Below are positions 27,905 to 32,000 of a DNA stretch of 32,000 nt, piece by piece. Numbering within the stretch: the stretch's first letter is position 1; every line of letters begins with the position of its first letter. The stretch is from Desulfocapsa sulfexigens DSM 10523 (GTDB lineage: Bacteria; Desulfobacterota; Desulfobulbia; Desulfobulbales; Desulfocapsaceae), in contig NC_020304.1 of assembly GCF_000341395.1 (NCBI RefSeq), forward strand, positions 360,001 through 392,000. Direction: 5' to 3'. The notes beneath the pieces are model-generated. The model worked only from the letters and a program-made list of their open reading frames with translations, was not told where the DNA came from and searched no databases. Made by a program: the position numbers and the translations under genes.

Positions 27905-29260
27905 TTAATCTCTGGTGAATTCCGGATAGGCATCAAGACCGCACTCGGCAATATCAACACCTTCCATCTCTTCTTCTTCGCTGACCCGAACACCCATGAC
28001 TGCCTTAAGAACCAGCCACACAACAAGAGAAGTACCAAAGGTCCAGCCAAAGATGGTTCCAATACCGATAAGCTGTTTAATCAGCGAACCATCGGGATTG
28101 GTAAAGGCGACAGCGATAAGTCCCCAGGTACCAACTACGCCATGCACAGAGATTGCACCTACAGGATCATCGACTTTTGCCTTATCTATAAAGATAATAG
28201 CGGGAACAACCAGCAGGCCACCGATAACACCTACCATGGTGGCAATGCCTGGAGTAGGTGTTAATGGCTCAGCAGTTATAGCAACTAGTCCTGCCAGCGC
28301 ACCATTGAGAGCCATGGTAAGGTCAGCCTTACCAAACCAGAGACGGGAGAGCAGCAGGGCTGCAACAAGACCTCCAGCAGCAGCGGTATTGGTATTGACA
28401 AAGACCATGGACACGGCATTCGCCTCGACGATGTTACTGATCTTTAATTCGGATCCGCCATTAAACCCAAACCAGCCAAGCCAGAGGATAAAGGTTCCAA
28501 GGGTTGCAAGGGGAAGGTTACAGCCGGGAATAGCATTGATTTTGCCTCCTGAATATTTTCCCTTACGAGCACCAAGTACCAGTACACCAGCCAGGGCAGC
28601 AGATGCGCCACAGAGATGAACCAGACCGGAACCTGCGAAATCAAGAAAACCGAGGGCGTCAAGAAAACCTCCGCCCCATTTCCAGTAACCGCTGACAGGA
28701 TAGATAAATCCGGTCATGACAACTGCAAAGGCAAGGAATGTCCAGAGTTTCATCCGCTCTGCAACGGCACCGGAAACAATGGACATGGCCGTTGCCACAA
28801 AGACAACCTGAAAAAAGAAGTCTGACATATTGGAATAATATGTTTCCCCACCGCTCTTCAGGACTTCATCAACTCCGTTATCGGGGCCAAGAAAAAAGCT
28901 GAGTCCGGGAATAAAACTGTTAACAGCATCACCGTACATGATGTTGTACCCGACAATAAGATACATCAGGCAAGCGATGGCATAGAGAGCCACATTTTTG
29001 GTGAGAATCTCCACCGTGTTTTTTCCTCTGACCAGACCTGCTTCAAGCATGGCAAAGCCCGCGGCCATCCACATAACCAGAGCGCCGGACATGAGAAAAT
29101 AAAACGTGTCCACTGAATAGGCCAGCTGGATCAGATTATCGGCAACACTGGATGCAGCAGCTGCCTCTTCGGCAATGGCCGGCCCTGCCAAAGCAAGCCC
29201 GGAGAGAACTGCCACTCCTCCCCAGAACGTCTTTCGAGTCATTGTTACACTGTTCTTCAC
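27905..29260 (-). CDS. amtB: Ammonium transporter (Amt family)
   Basis: About 11 hydrophobic segments are visible. Amt motifs are DFAGSGLVH, FGFNGGS and GVHGVVGTWG. A signal-like N-terminus is present. The GTG start at 29260 has an AGGAGG SD 7 nt upstream. An alternative ATG lies at 29242. Confidence 0.93.
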   Translation of the reverse strand: MKNSVTMTRKTFWGGVAVLSGLALAGPAIAEEAAAASSVADNLIQLAYSVDTFYFLMSGALVMWMAAGFAMLEAGLVRGKNTVEILTKNVALYAIACLMYLIVGYNIMYGDAVNSFIPGLSFFLGPDNGVDEVLKSGGETYYSNMSDFFFQVVFVATAMSIVSGAVAERMKLWTFLAFAVVMTGFIYPVSGYWKWGGGFLDALGFLDFAGSGLVHLCGASAALAGVLVLGARKGKYSGGKINAIPGCNLPLATLGTFILWLGWFGFNGGSELKISNIVEANAVSMVFVNTNTAAAGGLVAALLLSRLWFGKADLTMALNGALAGLVAITAEPLTPTPGIATMVGVIGGLLVVPAIIFIDKAKVDDPVGAISVHGVVGTWGLIAVAFTNPDGSLIKQLIGIGTIFGWTFGTSLVVWLVLKAVMGVRVSEEEEMEGVDIAECGLDAYPEFTRD

Positions 29261-29326
29261 TGTAGTTCCTCCTGTTTCATACGGGTTGTGCCAGATTGCA
29301 CCGATTATTGCTTATACTGGGTGTAA

Positions 29327-29342
29327 AGCAATGTCTGTGCCA
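29327..29342 (-). promoter_or_regulatory. Sigma-54 (-24/-12) promoter of amtB-glnK
   Basis: The minus strand reads TGGCAC-AGACA-TTGCT, which matches the TGGCACG-N4-TTGCW spacing exactly. It lies about 67 nt upstream of the amtB start. Confidence 0.75.
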
Positions 29343-29439
29343 ATAACTGGAACTTTTCGATTTACGATGTGAACTCAGCCTGTCGGAGCATCACATACTG
29401 CGTCCCACATAAAAGGAACCTGAACAAATAACAAATATG

Positions 29440-29457
29440 TGCTATTTTTAAATAGCA
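29440..29457. promoter_or_regulatory. Perfect 8-2-8 palindrome TGCTATTT-TT-AAATAGCA, candidate enhancer-binding-protein (NtrC-type) site
   Basis: Read directly. It lies about 100-115 bp upstream of the sigma-54 promoter, a typical UAS distance. Smaller palindromes follow: ACAAATTTGT (29463-29472) and CACATGTG. Confidence 0.4.
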
Positions 29458-29719
29458 AACTTACAAATTTGTCACATGTGCTTAAAGCAAGAAGCCACAC
29501 AATGCTTCCGTGATTCCTTTCAGCTTTTATCAATCTAGCGAATCCGCACAACTATCAGGAGTTATAGAAATCATTTTGCAGTACCAACAAAGCTGGCACG
29601 GAGCGTGTAATGAAACAGACAGACATTGTTTTAAACTGTTCATATTAATCCTTTGTGTAAAACTTCCATAGCACCCTTATTATCTGAAACTTCTGAACAG
29701 GGATACCAAAAACGCTATC

Positions 29720-30460
29720 GTGAAAAGTAAAATTCTTGTTTTACAGCATGTTGACTGGAGAAATCCTGGCCGCTTTTTGCTCAATCTTGCCAACAAACTT
29801 TCAGTTGAACTCCAAATAGTTAAGAGCTGGAAAGAACCGATTCCACAGGGCAATGACTTCGACGCATTAATACTTCTAGGCGGAGTCGTAAGTGGTTCTG
29901 AAAAAGAAAACAGGGCACTCTTTGAAAAAGAAACAGATTTTCTGACCAAATGGCTCCTTCTTGACAAACCCTGTCTTGGTTTTTGTCTTGGGCATCAGGC
30001 CATGCTCGAAGCATTTCAGGCAAAAACCACCCCTAATTTTGTTAACAGTATCGGATTCATTGACGGCCATCTCACCCACGATGGCCGACTCCACCCTCTT
30101 TTCAAAGGTTTTGATCCAACATTTTCTCTTTTCAAATGGCATACCCATGCCATCCAGACACCGGTGCCACCAAATTACATCCTGCTTGCCACTTCAAGCG
30201 ACTGCGTTGTTGAAGCATTCACCATTAAGGGCAGGCCACATATTATTGGATTGCAGTTCGACAATCATGCCGCACACCCCGATGATATTCGCCGCTGGTT
30301 ACAGAGCGACAAGGACTGGCTGAACAGTTTGTCCCTAGGCAAAACGTACGGTGACGAGCTCTTAAAAGACGCAGAACGCTCTCGTAAAAAAAATCAGCAA
30401 ATATTCACCAAACTAATCAGTAATTTTATATCACAGATCAAGGACACAAAGAGAAATTGA
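29720..30460 (+). CDS. Class-I glutamine amidotransferase-like protein
   Basis: Motifs seen: KILVLQH, the nucleophile elbow PCLGFCLGHQAM, and IIGLQFDNHAAHPDD in place of the canonical GxQFHPE. The start is GTG. The C-terminal extension of about 50 aa has no recognisable domain. Confidence 0.7.
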   Translation: MKSKILVLQHVDWRNPGRFLLNLANKLSVELQIVKSWKEPIPQGNDFDALILLGGVVSGSEKENRALFEKETDFLTKWLLLDKPCLGFCLGHQAMLEAFQAKTTPNFVNSIGFIDGHLTHDGRLHPLFKGFDPTFSLFKWHTHAIQTPVPPNYILLATSSDCVVEAFTIKGRPHIIGLQFDNHAAHPDDIRRWLQSDKDWLNSLSLGKTYGDELLKDAERSRKKNQQIFTKLISNFISQIKDTKRN

Positions 30461-30503
30461 GCAGTATTGACTGTGTATCCAAAAGCTAATCAAAATTATT
30501 ACG

Positions 30504-31637
30504 ATGAACAAAAGCAAGCGAAAGCCAACAAAGATAATCGACACAACACTGAGAGAAGGAGAACAAACCCCTGGCGTTTATTTTGATCTCAGCGTGAAGA
30601 AGCAGATAACCAGAGGACTTGCAGACATTGGTGTTGACGAGATCGAAATTGGCATTGCCAACAAAGCAAACACTGACCTCGGAGCACTTGCAGAATTCAT
30701 TCGTACCACATACCCACATCAGTCCTTTTCTCTGTGGGCCCGATGCATGGAAGCAGATATTGACCATGGAGCCTCTCTGCGCCCGAGCTGCCTTTCTTTA
30801 TCTATTCCGGCATCGGATCTTCATCTCAATAAAAAACTCGGCAAAGACAGGACATGGGCTCTAAAACAACTGAAACGCTCCATCCAACAGGCGCTATCAG
30901 CAGGAGTACCAAAAGTCGCGCTGGGTCTTGAAGATGCCAGCCGGGCGGATATTTCCTTCCTCAGGGAACTGGCACAGGCAGCAGAGGAAGCCGGAGCTTT
31001 CCGTCTGCGCCTCGCTGACACGGTGGGTATCTGCACCCCTAGCACTATTGTCCAACTGCTTGAGGTGATGAGTGGACTGAAGCTGGAGTTGGCTGTGCAC
31101 TGTCATAACGATTTCGGAATGGCTACGGCCAATACAATTACAGCCCTGGAGAATGGGGCCATCTGGGGAGATACCACCCTGCTGGGACTTGGTGAGCGAG
31201 CTGGAAACAGCCGTCTCGAAGAAGTTATTGCCTTTTTTGTTCTGCAAAAAAAAACAGGGCATTACAATCTTGCAGGCCTTTCCGAATTAAGCAGGATGGT
31301 GGCCAGGGAGAGCGGACAGGAGATACCACCATTTCGTCCTATTATTGGGAATGCTCTTTTCTTCTGCGAAACCGGTATTCATCTCCAGGGAATTTTCGCA
31401 GACCCAACCACCTATGAACCTTTTTCCCCTGAGACCATCGGTGCCTCGCGCACACTTCTCATCGGCCGCCAGGCAGGGCGACGCAGCATTCTTGCCACTC
31501 TCAGCAGGCTTGGTCTGACAGCGCCCGACGAACCCGAACTTGCTCGCCTTACTCAGCAAATACGTTCACTGGCCATCAGCCGGAGACGCCCCCTGGGAGA
31601 CCACGAAATTTTAGAGTTGCTGAATTCTCAAGCCTGA
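30504..31637 (+). CDS. nifV: Homocitrate synthase, NifV-like (HMGL/IPMS family without the LeuA regulatory domain)
   Basis: The protein is collinear with A. vinelandii NifV. Shared segments are IIDTTLREGEQ, LSIPASDLHLNKKLGKDRTWAL (NifV: [22 protein letters not shown]), LEDASRAD, RLADTVG, HCHNDFGMATANT and GLGERAGN. At 377 aa the length fits NifV rather than LeuA. Confidence 0.78.
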   Translation: MNKSKRKPTKIIDTTLREGEQTPGVYFDLSVKKQITRGLADIGVDEIEIGIANKANTDLGALAEFIRTTYPHQSFSLWARCMEADIDHGASLRPSCLSLSIPASDLHLNKKLGKDRTWALKQLKRSIQQALSAGVPKVALGLEDASRADISFLRELAQAAEEAGAFRLRLADTVGICTPSTIVQLLEVMSGLKLELAVHCHNDFGMATANTITALENGAIWGDTTLLGLGERAGNSRLEEVIAFFVLQKKTGHYNLAGLSELSRMVARESGQEIPPFRPIIGNALFFCETGIHLQGIFADPTTYEPFSPETIGASRTLLIGRQAGRRSILATLSRLGLTAPDEPELARLTQQIRSLAISRRRPLGDHEILELLNSQA

Positions 31638-31673
31638 GCCAGCTCTTCAGGACGGAGGCTTTTCCACTTTTTG

Positions 31674-31892
31674 TTATTTTTTGGCGGCAATTTTCCGTGG
31701 AAGCGTGCCAGCCAGTTGGTGCACAGGAGCACCGTTTTTCATCTGGGCGTAGAGCTTCCCAGATGAGCCAAATACGGACTGGATTCTGACATTACATTTT
31801 GCTGTAAATTGAGGCGCTCTTACCTCAAGAGCATTAATGAAATTTGCCGCCACCGCCACTTGCAGAGATGGGGAATTTTCGGCCAATAGCAA
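31674..31892 (-). pseudogene. Truncated ModA-like molybdate-binding protein remnant (N-terminal about 60 residues only)
   Basis: SLQVAVAANFINALEVRAPQFTAKCNVRIQSVFGSSGKLYAQMKNGAP aligns with E. coli ModA KITVFAAASLTNAMQDIATQFKKEKGVDVVSSFASSSTLARQIEAGAP. The frame then ends 15 codons later, 36 nt from the nifV stop, whereas ModA is about 250 aa. The frame is open upstream to the window edge and encodes a signal-like segment, KIRILIVFLLFYPSLLLA. No canonical start codon precedes that segment; the only TTG codons lie at its C-terminal end, including the ORF-track start at 31892. Confidence 0.5.
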
Positions 31893-32000
31893 AGAGGGAT
31901 AGAAAAGAAGAAAAACAATGAGAATTCTGATCTTGAAAAACCTCGTGTGGCCACTCTTTATTCTGCCTGAGCGAAAGCGGGTTTTGATAGGTTGAATTTT

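Noticed and set aside
29259-29282. A seven-codon upstream ORF (ATGAAACAGGAGGAACTACAGTGA, MKQEELQ) whose stop overlaps the amtB GTG start.
   Set aside because: It has no SD of its own. The AGGAGG inside it is better explained as the amtB ribosome-binding site. A chance ORF in a short leader is the simpler explanation.
29288-29293. A second TGGCAC hexamer on the minus strand, between the sigma-54 promoter and the amtB start.
   Set aside because: The sequence 4-5 nt downstream reads GTAT rather than TTGC, so there is no -12 element. It is probably a chance occurrence.
29594-29609. A sigma-54-like element, TGGCACG-N4-GTGTA, upstream of the amidotransferase gene.
   Set aside because: The -24 half is perfect, but the -12 half lacks the conserved GC (GT instead). 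It is too weak to annotate as a promoter and is mentioned only inside the related finding.

Overview
The window looks like chromosomal DNA from an anaerobic or microaerotolerant, Desulfobacterota-like bacterium. That assignment is inferred from gene content only: rubrerythrins with PerR, a W/Mo aldehyde:ferredoxin oxidoreductase, multi-PAS hybrid kinases and a DUF4388 response regulator. No search was possible. I found no tRNA, rRNA, CRISPR array, IS element or phage genes.

The window divides into five blocks:

1. **nt 1-7096, c-di-GMP and two-component signalling.** A cNMP-like/PilZ protein converges on a minus-strand string of omptin protease, hybrid PAS histidine kinase, hemerythrin-GGDEF cyclase and a receiver-DUF4388 protein whose phospho-acceptor Asp is replaced by Glu.
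2. **nt 7438-20388, one tightly packed ten-gene plus-strand operon.** The genes are polyferredoxin, AOR-family oxidoreductase, pgl, edd, eda, glucose-6-P 1-epimerase, glgP, zwf, pyk and ackA. This reads as a self-contained glycogen to Entner-Doudoroff to acetate route. It is headed by a ferredoxin-linked aldehyde oxidoreductase translationally coupled to pgl. I consider this the most unusual feature of the window.
3. **nt 20521-24618, minus-strand peroxide-stress cluster perR-rbr-rbr-katG.** A conserved palindrome, TAAGAA-N3-TTCTTA, precedes both perR and the first rbr.
4. **nt 24757-27470, an AT-rich multi-PAS hybrid kinase.** One PAS domain carries a Cys/His tetrad, and there is an A14 tract upstream.
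5. **nt 27472-32000, nitrogen block.** It holds amtB-glnK with a near-consensus sigma-54 promoter, an upstream palindrome and a textbook terminator. These are followed by a class-I amidotransferase, a nifV-like homocitrate synthase and a truncated modA-like remnant.

All functional calls rest on motifs I recognised by eye in the supplied translations. No database search was run.
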